Assembly: GCA_002269645.1 (NCBI GenBank)
Contig: NIVC01000102.1
Coordinates: 143,950-207,949, forward strand
DNA length: 64,000 nt
Reading direction: 5' to 3'
DNA from: Macrostomum lignano
Taxonomy: Eukaryota
Each line of letters begins with the position of its first letter. Positions within the stretch are counted from its first letter, which is position 1. The notes beneath the pieces were generated by a model that was not told the origin of the DNA, ran no database searches, and was given only the letters and a program-made list of their open reading frames with translations. Shown one piece after another: positions 48,611 through 63,039 of the stretch. The translations under genes and the position numbers were made by a program.

Positions 48611-51600
48611 CTGGTACACAAAATTTTGCTAAGAAATTGCTTCATTTTTTTCGGGCTTCAATATTCGAAAAACTCGATTTTTGCCCCGTTTATTAAAGTT
48701 CAAACAGTTCTTTCCGATTGAGAAGCAGTCTGACTGCCGATGGAATTGTATTGCATCATAACTCAGTGCCAACTATAGCATTGGTTCTCAACACTCGCGT
48801 GGAGAGTTACAAGCGTTGAAAGGTTGCGCAACACATTTTAGTTATTGAATTGAGGGGCGGCCGTCGCTATTCAATTAGTCCTGGGCATTGGTTTGGTTGT
48901 TAATTTCAATGCATCAACTTGCAGGCCTCTCACTGTAGCTGGCGCTGAATGTACACCTTATGAATTTGAATGGTTTAAAGCAGGAATGTTCAATCGTTGT
49001 TTGTGCTTCGAGTTTTTTACTTTCAGAAGAGAGCCTTGTATTGCTGGAAACCCCGTTGGCGATGCCCCTGACTACAACTACCTTCAAGGTAAATACTCGC
49101 AAATGATCAAAATGAGATGAAAACTAGCAATCTACGCGGGGCAAAGTCAAAACGAGGGCATCGCGAGTTTACACCATTCAAACTTTGCAATACCAAATTG
49201 TATCTGTTTTCTAATGAGTATGGCCGGTTAAATCTTGCATAAAACTGTGAATTATAAATAATTTTACTATAATCTAAGTAAAATTAGTCTTTTTCGCTCC
49301 TCTAAAAGACAAAATATGTCCTTTTCAGCGATAATTTTTTTGGCGGAAATTCAACCACGTTGAACACGTGTGAAAAAAATTCTATATAATGTACAAATAA
49401 GGGCTAAAAATGTAGGAATTAATATAGATGGTGAAAGTTTTGAGTTAATTTGCATTAAATGCATGCATGAGTAATGCTTTATTTGTATAAACCCTACTGT
49501 AGTTCGAATATTCTTCGTTTTGGTAGTAAACATTGATTATGACATCCCACCTATATGCTCATATGAGAATATGTTAAAAACTAATCTAAATTGATGTATC
49601 CAATTGGATTATTCACTTTTACATTTTAGAAAATAATTTAGCATAAAATCGATGCTTTTTATTGAAAAAGCCTAATATATTACTTATTGTATAACATTCT
49701 ATAACAATATAAAAATACTTTTTAATAGTTAGAGAGCACAAAGTGATTTTCTCCAGTAGTCTGTTACATCAAAATGAATAATTGCCAGCTTTTAGAATCG
49801 AAATATGTTATTACACACCTATTAAGCTTGAAGCATTTTTTTTCTTTACTAAATGGTACTCATGTTGGCTCTTAAATGCCATAAATGTTAGTTTTTGTCA
49901 TGATTTTTTTCTCCGGAAGCCCACTGTGTGGAGCATGTACAATGAAAAGCTTAGATATTTCATCAAGGCACTGCAAAGAACCCTATAAAGAAGCATTTTT
50001 TTGGCTTTGCAGCAGGGACAACCTAATATAATTTTATTGCCATTTAATGTATAATTTGTAATGAATTAGGCTTTAGTTATTTTTAATGATAGTTATTATG
50101 CTTATTTCATACTGAATAAGTTGAGGTAAATTTTGTAAAAATTACTTTGAACATCTTTTTATTGACCATCACTTAAAATTTTTTATGACTAGCAATTCTA
50201 GTCTAAGATCACCAGATTAATCAGATTTCACTTACTAACACCAAATAATCAGGTCTGATTGACTTTAAATTTACTTTAAATTCATTGGTCTGCTTAACTG
50301 ACATCAGATTTACCTAGGATCAATAATTTTGGGGCATCATGAAGGTTATAGCATTGTAACCGACTATGTAATCATGCTTAAATAACTTGGAACTCATAAT
50401 TTAATATCTTGAAATCTGCATGGTGCTAGAATCCTATTGGAATAGAAAGAAGACAGCAAAAAATACAGACAAAGCGTTCACTCATTATCTCTCTAATAAT
50501 AAAATGTTCATCTCCACAGATGTACCTTTCAGCTGTTCGGAAACGGAATGAAAATAAAAATCGCTACAAATCGCTTCACGCAGCAACAACTTGTGTCGAC
50601 ATAATTGACAACCATTGTAGAGAACCCCACCTCTTATGTTCGGCGGGTAGTCGATCAGAATCCAGTCTGGCGCATCGCTGCAAGTTGGACTCTGTCACTC
50701 AGCTTTGTTCGACACAAGCAGATTTTGAGCACAGTCTGGCAGTATGCTGCACTTCAGTTTCAGCAGGGCCAATCTGAGCTGCTCGAGCAGAGTTTGAGAA
50801 CACTGGCAGTATGTGCTGCCTTATTTTCACTTTTACGTTGCAATTTGGCCTCTTGTATCGACTTTTCTGCGTTCGCTCTGGCATGAGAGTACGAGCCCTC
50901 TTCAGCGTGGTAGCGTTGTAACGTTCTAGCTTTGAAAGCTAGGATGCTTTTATTTTGACTATAGCATACTCCTTATATAATTAATAAGTGCTTTTTAAGC
51001 TCAACCAGCTATGTACCTGTGATGTGTGGCTGCCAGCAGCCACGTATTAGTTTATGGGTATATGCTTGGCTTACAGACCCACAATTGATAGACTGCAGGA
51101 ACAAGCGCGAAACGATTGATGAGCTCTTGCTTAATTTCAACAAATATACGAGTAAACGAGCCTACGATTTAAAACACGACTTCCCAAACACATTGATCTG
51201 ATAATAAAAAGTTTTATTAATAAAGCAGCATCAGCTCAAATATTTTAATCTATGGCCATGGACATATAGAGCAGTCTGCACAGATCAGAACAGAAAATCA
51301 ATATGGCTACCTCAAGAAGGGTAAAAAAGATATCTGGGTGGGGGGCATGGTTATGCTCCTATCCAAACAGTTTCAATACAAATGTGAATCTCACAGAGCT
51401 CTAAATGAAGCTCTTAATGCCTCTTGATTTAGTGAAAAAGATGAACAGGCAACAGAAATAGGGTTTAGAATTTTTAGGCACAAGTAATAAATTCCTGAAG
51501 CAGAAGTTTTATTAACTTAAATGCAAAACAAGATTTTTGGTATAGCCACTAGGCCCATACAATAAAACACACTATAAAACATAAGGTTCTAAAAAGGTGT

Positions 51601-53413
51601 GTCTTGTGGTCTGAGAGAAAATGTAGGCCACATAGCCACCAGAATCTTGGGTGCCAGAATCCAAAAGTAGCAGCGCAGCACCTGAACCAGTTGTGGGCAG
51701 AAGTGGCCTGCTAGGTGCAGGAGTCGCCAACATTGCAACAGGTTGCTCAGACAGATCAGGTTGGTTCATGGAGAAAGCACTAGACTCACTCAACCAAATG
51801 TAAAGGTAACATACAGCAAGTCCACCAGTTTCATTGTTTAAGTAAGGCCTCAGGTTTAGAGCTCAGAATGAAAGGCATATCATAAAATGCAGCTGAGAAG
51901 ATCTCCCAAAGAAGTCCTGGCATGGCTGAAATTAAAGTAAAAAACATTTAACATATTTTACTTACATTTAAGTCTAAAAAACTTCTACTAAAGCAAGTTA
52001 AGAATTTATTGGTATATTAAATATACAATAGTATAAAAGGAAACACTCCTGCTAGGCATTTAAAGCCAGTTTGTAAACAATAAAATATATAATAAAATAA
52101 TGCTTTATTCTAATTTTTTAAAAAGCAAATATATCAGGTTTTGCATTTTTAACTTTTAATATGTTCTAAGTTCTTAAAGCTCATAATGTGAGTTTTAAAT
52201 GAAATAAATGTAACAAATAATGCAAATGAAAACATATTGCAATTATACATTTTAAAGAACAGTGCAAGTCACATTTTATATAGCTTTTTACATTGCAAAT
52301 TATATGAAACTAGAAAGTTTAAGTTTAAAAAAAGTTATTACCTGTTTTACTTGCTACTTGTTAATTATTTAGCAATTTAAATTATATATATACTTAAAAG
52401 TGCATAGTGATGGCTATAATAAACAGTATCATTATCAGTAATCATAAGGTAGATTATCACTTAGCTAAGGCCCAATGGCTTTTGTAAAAAAGCATATATC
52501 AGTTTCGAAGTAATTCTAAGCTGTAAAGCTGTACAAAATTTTATATTTACATTATATTTTTATTACTACGTCATTAGCAAAAAATCAAATAGGCCTAAGA
52601 CACGGACAGTTAAATATAAATAGCAATCTGAACTAGACTACAAATTATGCCTCAGAACAAAAATATAGTTAAACAAGAGCGAGGGTGGATAAAGCTATTT
52701 TATAAAAAAACTTGATAGACACCTTTATTTGTCATTCTATTCAGTAAAATTATTTAAACCTCAGTCTCATGAGTCATTTGCCTATTCATAAGCCGTGGCT
52801 TATAAAATAAAGCATATATCTAGAATCCTCGATCGATTATTGTTCATAAATTAGATAAGCAGAAAATTGATGCTAGACGTTTGCAATGCTTGAAATACAG
52901 AAGTCAGTAATCAATATCTAAATCTCAGATTTAATTCAATCCAAAAAAGTTTGCTGATATTTCACATCCGTAAGAAGAACCAGGCCAAACATCAATAATA
53001 AAGTACTTATTAACATGAAACTGATAACTAAATTAACGAGAGTATTTCAGAACACAAACAGAAGCGACGTAAACAAAGTAAGCAGTTTAACAAAATCCAG
53101 CTTATTATTTATTTTAAAAATATCTATTGCAATATTTACTTAATTTTTTCAGATAAAAACTACTTTTACGAGTTTGTATAAAACATTTATTTTTAGAATA
53201 CTATATTTAGTTTCTGATTCTGCGTCCGTACAGTTCCGTAAAAGTGAAGATTAACAAATGGGTAGGAAATTTATTAAGAGGTGTATTTTGTGCTTTAAAA
53301 ATGTTTTTTTGAGACCACTTAACGGAAATATAAAAAATTGTATAAAAAAATTACCAATTAAAACAACAATTTTTTTTCTACATTTTCCGACTCCCCAGTT
53401 TTGACTTTAACCG

Positions 53414-56400
53414 ACGCCCCCCGTTGGGGAGCCAAAGAAATGCAATGCACGTTTTTTTAATAAGCTACATGTATCCTTGAAATCTTAAAAAATCTCCTGT
53501 CAAACCTTGTAAGCCTTGACACGTCAGTAATTCCCCCCACAAGCTTTAACATATCAACTCCCCCCCCCCTGACATCTCAGCAATGCCCCCAATAAGCCTT
53601 GAAAATCTAAAAATATCTGTCAACCTTCTAACCCTAATCCAAACCTAACCCTAACCCTAACCCTAGCCTAACCCTAGCCCTAACCCTAACCCTAACCCTG
53701 ACCCTAACCTAACCCTAAAGCATTGAAATTTCAGTAATTCTCTCTAAGAGTCATTATAGCACTACTACAGCATTATTGCGATTCCCTGCAAGCCTCGACA
53801 TCGTAGGGATTCCCAAATGAATCTCTTAACTTCGACATGAAGCTTCTTTTATTTTTTACATTACGCTTTTTTATCAGCGATCCCTCCCCTGAGGAGGCAT
53901 CAAATAATGTAATAAAAAGTTTTCAATAAACTACATGTAGCTTCTGGCTTTAGCCTTGAAATCTCATTTATACCCCAGTGAGCCTTGACATCTCAGCTAT
54001 TCCCCCGTAAGCCTTGACATGTCAGCGATGGCCCCCATAAACCTTGAAATCTAAAAAATCCCCTGTTAACCTTGAAACCCGATAAAATATAACCCTCAAC
54101 CCACACCTGACCTAAACCTAACTTTAACCCAACCTAAAGCCTTGAAATCTCAGCAATTCTTCTCCCCTAAGCCTTGACATTTTAGTGATTCCTTCTTTAA
54201 GAATCACAGCACTATAACGATTTCCACCAAGCTTTGACATCGTAGCAATTCCCAAATGAATCTTTTAACTTCGACATGACCTTTCTTTTATGTATACTTA
54301 GTGCTACTTTTATTTTTTACATGACTCTTCTTCTATCAGCGCCTCCCCCCGTGGCGAGCCAACAAAGAATGCAATAAAAAATTGAGTAAAGTACATGAAC
54401 TTTGAAGTAGCTTCTGACTTTTGCTTTGACATCTCAGAACCACCCCCCCCCGTAATCTCAGTTATTCTCTGAGAGCCTTGACGTCTCAGTAATTCTCCCC
54501 AGCACAGCATTATAACTGCATTTAATTTTTACATGACACCTTCATGTCTGACATGACGCTTCTTTTATTCTACCATGATGCTTCTTATTTTTTAAATGAC
54601 ACTTTCATTAGTCTTTAAATGAGGCTTCTATGATTTTTCATGACGCTTCTATGATTTTTACATGATGCTTCTATGATGTTTATATGACGCTTCTATGATT
54701 TTTACATGACGCTTCTTTGATTTTTTACATGACGCTTCTTTGATTTTTACATGACGCTTCTATGATTGTTTACATGACGCTTCTATGATTGTTTGCACGA
54801 CGCTTCTATGATTGTTTACATGACGCTTCTATGGTTTTTACATGACGCTTATATTTTTTACATGACGCTTCTATGATTGTTTACATGACGCTTCTATGAT
54901 TTTTTCATGACGCTTCTATGATGTTTACATAACGCTTCTATGATTTTTTACATGACGCTTCTATGATTGTTTACATGACGCTTCTATGATTTTTACGTGA
55001 TGCTTCTATGATGGTTTACATGATGCTTCCATGATTGTTTACATGACGCTTCTATGATTGTTTACATGACGCTTCTATGATTTTTTCATGACGCTTCTAT
55101 GATTTTTTACATGACGCTTCTATGATTGTTTACATGACGCTTCTATGGTTTTTACATGACGCTTATATTTTTACATGACGCTTCTATGATTGTTTACATG
55201 ACGCTTCTATGATTGTTTACATGACGCTTCTATGATGTTTATATGACGCTTCTATGATTTTTTACATGACGCTTCTATGATTGTTTACATGACGCTTCTA
55301 TGATGTTTACATGACGCTTCTATGATTTTTTACATGACGCTTCTATGATTGTTTACATGACGCTTCTATGATTTTTACGTGATGCTTCTATGATGGTTTA
55401 CATGATGCTTCTATGATTGTTTACATGACGCTTCTATGATTGTTTACATGACGCTTCTATGATTTTTTCATGACGCTTCTATGATTTTTACATGACGCTT
55501 CTATGATTGTTTACATGACGCTTCTATGGTTTTTACATGACGCTTATATTTTTACATGACGCTTCTATGATTGTTTACATGACGCTTCTATGATTGTTTA
55601 CATGACGCTTCTATGATGTTTATATGACGCTTCTATGATTTTTTACATGACGCTTCTATGCTTTTTACATGACGCTTCTATGATTATTTCATGACGCTTC
55701 TACGATTTCTGCAGGACGCTTCTATGATTTTTACATGACGCTTCTATGATTTTTACATGACGCTTCTAAGATTTTTTACGTGACGCTTCTATGATTGTTT
55801 ATATGACGCTTCTATGATTTTTTACATGACGCTTCTATGCTTTTTACATGACGCTTCTATGATTATTTCATGACGCTTCTACGATTTCTGCAGGACGCTT
55901 CTATGATTTTTACATGACGCTTCTATGATTTTTACATGACGCTTCTATGATTGTTTATATGACGCTTCTGTAATTTTTACATGACGCTTCTAAGATTTTT
56001 TACATGACGCTTTTTTGATTTTTACATGACGCTTCTATGATTGTTTACATGACGCTTCTATGATTGTTTGCACGACGCTTCTATGATTGTTTACATGACG
56101 CTTCTATGGTTTTTACATGACGCTTATATTTTTTACATGACGCTTCTATGATTGTTTACATGACGCTTCTATGATTTTTACATGACGCTTCTATGATTGT
56201 TTACATGACGCTTCTATGACTTTTACATGACGCTTATATTTTTTACATGACGCTTCTATGATTGTTTACATGACGCTTCTATGATTGTTTACATGACGCT
56301 TCTATGATTGTTTACATGACGCTTCCATGATGTTTATATGACGCTTCTATGATTTTTTACATGACGCTTCTATGATTGTTTACATGACGCTTCTATGATG

Positions 56401-59400
56401 TTTATATGACGCTTCTATGATTTTTTACATGACGCTTCAATGATTTTTACGTGACGCTTCTATGATTTTTTACATGACGCTTCTATGCTTTTTATATGAC
56501 GCTTCTATGATTGTTTATATGACGTTTCTATAGTTTTTACATGACGCTTATATTTTTTACGTGACGCTTCTATGATTGTTTACATGACGCTTCTATGATT
56601 TTTTCATGACGCTTCTATGATTTTTTACATGACGCTTCTATGATTGTTTACATGACGCTTCTATGGTTTTTACATGGCGCTTATATTTTTACATAACGCT
56701 TTTATGATTGTTTACATGACGCTTCTATGATTTTTTACATGACGCTTCTATGATTGTTTACATGACGCTTCTATGATTTTTTACATGACGCTTCTATGAT
56801 TGTTTACATGACGCTTCTATGATTTTTTACATGACGCTTCTATGATTGTTTACATGACGCTTCTATGATGTTTACATGACGCTTCTATGATTTTTTACAT
56901 GACGCTTCTATGATTGTTTACATGACGCTTCTATGATTTTTACGTGATGCTTCTATGATGGTTTACATGATGCTTCTATGATTGTTTACATGACGCTTCT
57001 ATGATTGTTTACATGACGCTTCTATGATTTTTTCATGACGCTTCTATGATTTTTTACATGACGCTTCTATGATTGTTTACATGACGCTTCTATGGTTTTT
57101 ACATGACGCTTATATTTTTACATGACGCTTCTATGATTGTTTACATGACGCTTCTATGATTGTTTACATGACGCTTCTATGATGTTTATATGACGCTTCT
57201 ATGATTTTTTACATGACGCTTCTATGCTTTTTACATGACGCTTCTATGATTATTTCATGACGCTTCTACGATTTCTGCAGGACGCTTCTATGATTTTTAC
57301 ATGACGCTTCTATGATTTTTACATGACGCTTCTAAGATTTTTTACGTGACGCTTCTATGATTGTTTATATGACGCTTCTATGATTTTTTACATGACGCTT
57401 CTATGCTTTTTACATGACGCTTCTATGATTATTTCATGACGCTTCTACGATTTCTAAAGGACGCTTCTATGATTTTTACATGACGCTTCTATGATTTTTA
57501 CATGACGCTTCTATGATTGTTTATATGACGCTTCTGTAATTTTTACATGACGCTTCTAAGATTTTTTACATGACGCTTCTATGATTGTTTATATGACGCT
57601 TCTATGATTTTTACATGACGCTTCTAAGATTGTTTACATGACGCTTCTATGGTTTTTACATGACGCTTATATTTTTACATGACGCTTCTATGATTGTTTA
57701 CATGACGCTTCTATGATTGTTTACATGACGCTTCTATGATGTTTATATGACGCTTCTATGATTTTTTACATGACGCTTCTATGCTTTTTACATGACGCTT
57801 CTATGATTATTTCATGACGCTTCTACGATTTCTGCAGGACGCTTCTATGATTTTTACATGACGCTTCTATGATTGTTTATATGACGCTTCTGTAATTTTT
57901 ACATGACGCTTCTAAGATTTTTTACATGACGCTTCTATGATTTTTTACATGACGCTTCTATGCTTTTTACATGACGCTTCTATGATTATTTCATGACGCT
58001 TCTACGATTTCTGCAGGACGCTTCTATGATTTTTACATGACGCTTCTATGATTTTTACATGACGCTTCTATGATTGTTTATATGACGCTTCTGTAATTTT
58101 TACATGACGCTTCTAAGATTTTTTACATGACGCTTCTATGATTGTTTATATGACGCTTCTATGATTTTTTAAATGACGCTTCTATGATTTTTTAAATGAC
58201 GCTTCTATGATTTTTACATGACGCTTCTATGATTGTTTATATGACGCTTCTGTAATTTTTACATGACGCATCTAAGATTTTTTACATGACGCTTTTTTGA
58301 TTTTTACATGACGCTTCTATGATTGTTTACATGACGCTTCTATGATTGTTTGCACGACGCTTCTATGATTGTTTACATGACGCTTCTATGGTTTTTACAT
58401 GACGCTTATATTTTTTACATGACGCTTCTATGATTGTTTACATGACGCTTCTATGATTTTTTCATGACGCTTCTATGATTTTTACATGACGCTTCTATGA
58501 TTGTTTACATGACGCTTCTATGGCTTTTACATGACGCTTATATTTTTTACATGACGCTTCTATGATTGTTTACATGACGCTTCTATGATTGTTTACATGA
58601 CGCTTCTATGATTGTTTACATGACGCTTCCATGATGTTTATATGACGCTTCTATGATTTTTTACATGACGCTTCTATGATTGTTTACATGACGCTTCTAT
58701 GATGTTTATATGACGCTTCTATGATTTTTACATGACGCTTCAATGATTTTTACGTGACGCTTCTATGATTTTTTACATGACGCTTCTATGCTTTTTATAT
58801 GACGCTTCTATGATTGTTTATATGACGTTTCTATAGTTTTTACATGACGCTTATATTTTTTACGTGACGCTTCTATGATTGTTTACATGACGCTTCTATG
58901 ATTTTTTCATGACGCTTCTATGATTTTTTACATGACGCTTCTATGATTGTTACATGACGCTTCTATGGTTTTTACATGGCGCTTATATTTTTACATAACG
59001 CTTTTATGATTGTTTACATGACGCTTCTATGATTTTTTACATGACGCTTCTATGATTGTTTACATGACGCTTCTATGATTTTTTACATGACGCTTCTATG
59101 ATTGTTTACATGACGCTTCTATGATTTTTTACATGACGCTTCTATGATTGTTTACATGACGCTTCTATGATGTTTACATGACGCTTCTATGATTTTTTAC
59201 ATGACGCTTCTATGATTGTTTACATGACGCTTCTATGATTTTTACGTGATGCTTCTATGATGGTTTACATGATGCTTCTATGATTGTTTACATGACGCTT
59301 CTATGATTGTTTACATGACGCTTCTATGATTTTTTCATGACGCTTCTATGATTTTTTACATGACGCTTCTATGATTGTTTACATGACGCTTCTATGGTTT

Positions 59401-60907
59401 TTACATGACGCTTATATTTTTACATGACGCTTCTATGATTGTTTACATGTCGCTTCTATGATTGTTTACATGACGCTTCTATGATGTTTATATGACGCTT
59501 CTATGATTTTTTACATGACGCTTCTATGCTTTTTACATGACGCTTCTATGATTATTTCATGACGCTTCTACGATTTCTGCAGGACGCTTCTATGATTTTT
59601 ACATGACGCTTCTATGATTTTTACATGACGCTTCTAAGATTTTTTACGTGACGCTTCTATGATTGTTTATATGACGCTTCTATGATTTTTTACATGACGC
59701 TTCTATGCTTTTCACATGACGCTTCTATGATTATTTCATGACGCTTCTACGATTTCTGCAGGACGCTTCTATGATTTTTACATGACGCTTCTATGATTTT
59801 TACATGACGCTTCTATGATTGTTTATATGACGCTTCTGTAATTTTTACATGACGCTTCTAAGATTTTTTACATGACGCTTCTATGATTGTTTATATGACG
59901 CTTCTATGATTTTTACATGACGCTTCTAAGATTGTTTACATGACGCTTCTATGGTTTTTACATGACGCTTATATTTTTACATGACGCTTCTATGATTGTT
60001 TACATGACGCTTCTATGATTGTTTACATGACGCTTCTATGATGTTTATATGACGCTTCTATGATTTTTTACATGACGCTTCTATGCTTTTTACATGACGC
60101 TTCTATGATTATTTCATGACGCTTCTACGATTTCTGCAGGACGCTTCTATGATTTTTACATGACGCTTCTATGATTTTTACATGACGCTTCTAAGATTTT
60201 TTACGTGACGGTTCTATGATTGTTTACATGACGCTTCTATGATTTTTTACATGACGCTTCTATGCTTTTTACATGACGCTTCTATGATTATTTCATGACG
60301 CTTCTACGATTTCTGCAGGACGCTTCTATGATTTTTACATGACGCTTCTATGATTTTTACATGACGCTTCTATGATTGTTTATATGACGCTTCTGTAATT
60401 TTTACATGACGCTTCTAAGATTGTTTACATGACGCTTCTATGATTGTTTACATGACGCTTCTATGATTTTTTACATGACGCTTCTATGATTTTTACATGA
60501 CGCTTCTATGATTGTTTACATGACGCTTCTATGATTGTTTAAATGACGCTTCTATGATTGTTTACATGATGCTTCTATGATTTTTTACATGACGCTTCTA
60601 TGATTTTTACATGACGCTTCTATGATTGTTTACATGACGCTTCTATGATTGTTTACATGACGCTTCTATGATTGTTTACATGACGCTTCTATGATTTTTA
60701 CATAACGCTTTTATGATTGTTTACATGACGCTTCTATGATTTTTACATAACGCTTTTATGATTTTTTACATGACGCTTCTATGATTTTTTACATAACGCT
60801 TTTATGATTTTTTACATGACGCTTGCATGATTTTTTAGTTTTTTTGGCGTTAAAAAACTTTAATTAAAAAAACTCTCTAAAAATCCGAACCATCGTCCCT
60901 GCATTTA
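53414..60907 (-). mobile_element. Second copy of Helitron-like element A (A'), missing both extreme termini
   Basis: 53414-54620 is collinear with 38094-39300 (hairpin, CCCTAA tract at 53628-53718); 60835-60907 matches about 42295-42385; no terminal CTAG and no TCCTATATAC end. Confidence 0.85.
54618..60832. repeat. 22-23 bp satellite (CATGACGCTTCTATGATT..), ~6.2 kb, with higher-order structure
   Basis: Continuous tandem array with the same monomer as 39290-42293. Confidence 0.98.
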
Positions 60908-60978
60908 GCAGTCAGTCCGTTTACCTCTAGGCTAGCTCTCATCGTTTTGATAACATGAATTTTAGCACTTCAGTGGAT

Positions 60979-61240
60979 CAGTGGCGGCGCAGGACCTCCA
61001 GCTGGGGGGGGCGGTGGTTGGGTGGTCACCCCCCCCGGCTGGGTGGTCACCCCCAGAAAAAAAGGTCTCAGGTGACCACCCCCATGCCCCATGGGGTGAC
61101 CACACTTTTGAAAAAATATGGTAAAGTACCAATTTTTTTTAAGTGGGTGGTCACCCCCTGGGGTTGGTCACCCCCTGAGAGTGGTGAGGGGTGGTCACCC
61201 GGGGCAGCCCGCCCCCCTTCCCCTGCGGATTCCCGTTTTG
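60979..61240. mobile_element. Possible hAT-like MITE left end with GGTCACCCC subterminal repeats
   Basis: Starts CAGTGGCGGCGC; repeated GGTCACCCC/GGTGACCAC motifs in both orientations; no matching right TIR found. Confidence 0.4.
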
Positions 61241-61789
61241 AATGGCTTTTCCCTATTTTGATTGTCCAATTCCAAATTCTATGGTTTTGTATTCCCAAGC
61301 AGCCAGATCGAGTCTGTAGCCTGTGTTGAAGGTCTATGGCGTCCTTACGTTTTATGGTCCCAATTCCGATTAGATCGTCAAAAGCAATACATGTATACTA
61401 CTGACGTTTAACATAATGTTACATGTTACATGTACTGTACAACTGTACATATGTACCTGAAAACAAGCTAATATTAATTATAACAACAACAGAGAAAATC
61501 CTTTCAAAGACTTATCAAAACGTCAGGGAGCGTCTCTGTCGCTAAGCTGGAGAATACATGCATGTAAAACGCGTTGCATGTTACATTGGTATTACGTATA
61601 TGACGACGTGTCTGCATGCCAGAGCGCGCAGAGAATTGCCAACGAATAGAAAAAACAGGTAAATGTACACCAAGGACGCAGGAACAGGACGCAGGAAATT
61701 GTGAATTCGCTTGTCACCGACCTAATTAAGGCAGGGAGCATAACAAGCTAGCATGCCAGCTGCTCCCACTCTCCCAAGTAATGAACGTA

Positions 61790-62153
61790 TTAAGTCAAGG
61801 CTAATTAATACTGGGGGCAATTACTAAGTTGTCCAGCAGGCTTGCTGGGGGGGGGGTTGCTGAGATGTCAACGCTTATTACTGGGGGGAATTGCGAGTAG
61901 ATGTCAAGTCTGGGGGAATTGGCCAAGGCTTTTCTGGGGTAAGCTGATCATGATACTTATAATTGTTTGTCGAGACTTCCTGGGGGAATTTCTAAGATGT
62001 CAAGGCGTACTGGGGAAGTTGTTGAGATGTTAAGGCTTATCGAGGGATTCGCTTTTCAAGGCGTCAAGGCTAATAGGATTACATTAATAATTGTTGCCCC
62101 TACTTATTGGGCGCCCCAAACCCGAAAGAGGACAATGCATTGCAGATTGCTAG
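61790..62153 (+). mobile_element. Diverged Helitron-like 3' portion in the opposite orientation
   Basis: Reverse-complement relatives of the CCTTGACATCTCAGCAAT subrepeats of element A, ending CAATGCATTG (palindrome)-CAGATTG-CTAG|T at 62153. Confidence 0.55.
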
Positions 62154-63039
62154 TATCTCATACTAGCTATAGTACTCGTATTTTAAAACATCATTTAAAA
62201 TACGAGTTTAAAATACTTCTACTGCTTTCAGTCTTTCATGAAGCCTAAGCGTCATGAAAATGTAGATGCAAATTAAAAATCAAGAAAAAACAAGCAAAAT
62301 TTTATTTTAAGGTAAAAAAAGTAGTGTTATTTACTTAATTAAACAAGAAAAAAAACTTTATTATACTATTTTTTACAATAAATTTGTTTTACTTTCACAA
62401 AGTTTCTGGGAATTTAGTGCCAAGTTTGAATCCGTAAAATTCAATAGCGAGCCGGCCGACCTGCGTGCATGTTTTAGTGAGAGCTTGCAGTTAAAGTAAG
62501 CCACTAGCTCACTTACGGCATTTGGCACGGTTTTCCTTTATTATTCGCAGACCTTGTCTAAATAAAAACTAAAAATCACTGCAATATCAATAATATTATA
62601 CTCTGTACTCTGCAGATAATGCATTAATTATTACAAAACTTTAAGAAGGCTGATACGATGCTAACCATAAGTAAGAAATGAAGTTATTTACCTTGACATT
62701 TGTTTTTTTCGATTCCATAGCTAGGTGGCTAGGCCTATCGCGTTTTTAACAACAAGAAATTTTTTCCTGCAAATAGGCCTAGGTCGACTCGAAGTATAGG
62801 CCTAGCCCTAGCCTAGGCTAGGGCATCATCTTTTCGTAGATTTAAGAAGGAACTAGTCATCGATGACAATGGGTTGAAAAATCAACATTTGAATTCAGCC
62901 GTGAGCCTAGAATTGGCCCCCAGGCCCAGCCCACACTAGAATGTTTAACCAATTAAGTTGCAATTGGGTTTCTATACACTTTGGTGCTTGCCTGCCTGGC
63001 ATTTTGTGGAAGGTTGCGGAATACCATATTGTGGTAGGT

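Noticed and set aside
51572-51793. 73-aa ORF as a host exon
   Set aside because: No recognisable domain and unconvincing splice context.
39290-60832. Short 21-23 bp repeat arrays as CRISPR arrays
   Set aside because: Monomers are contiguous with no unique spacers, there are no cas genes, and the context is eukaryotic.
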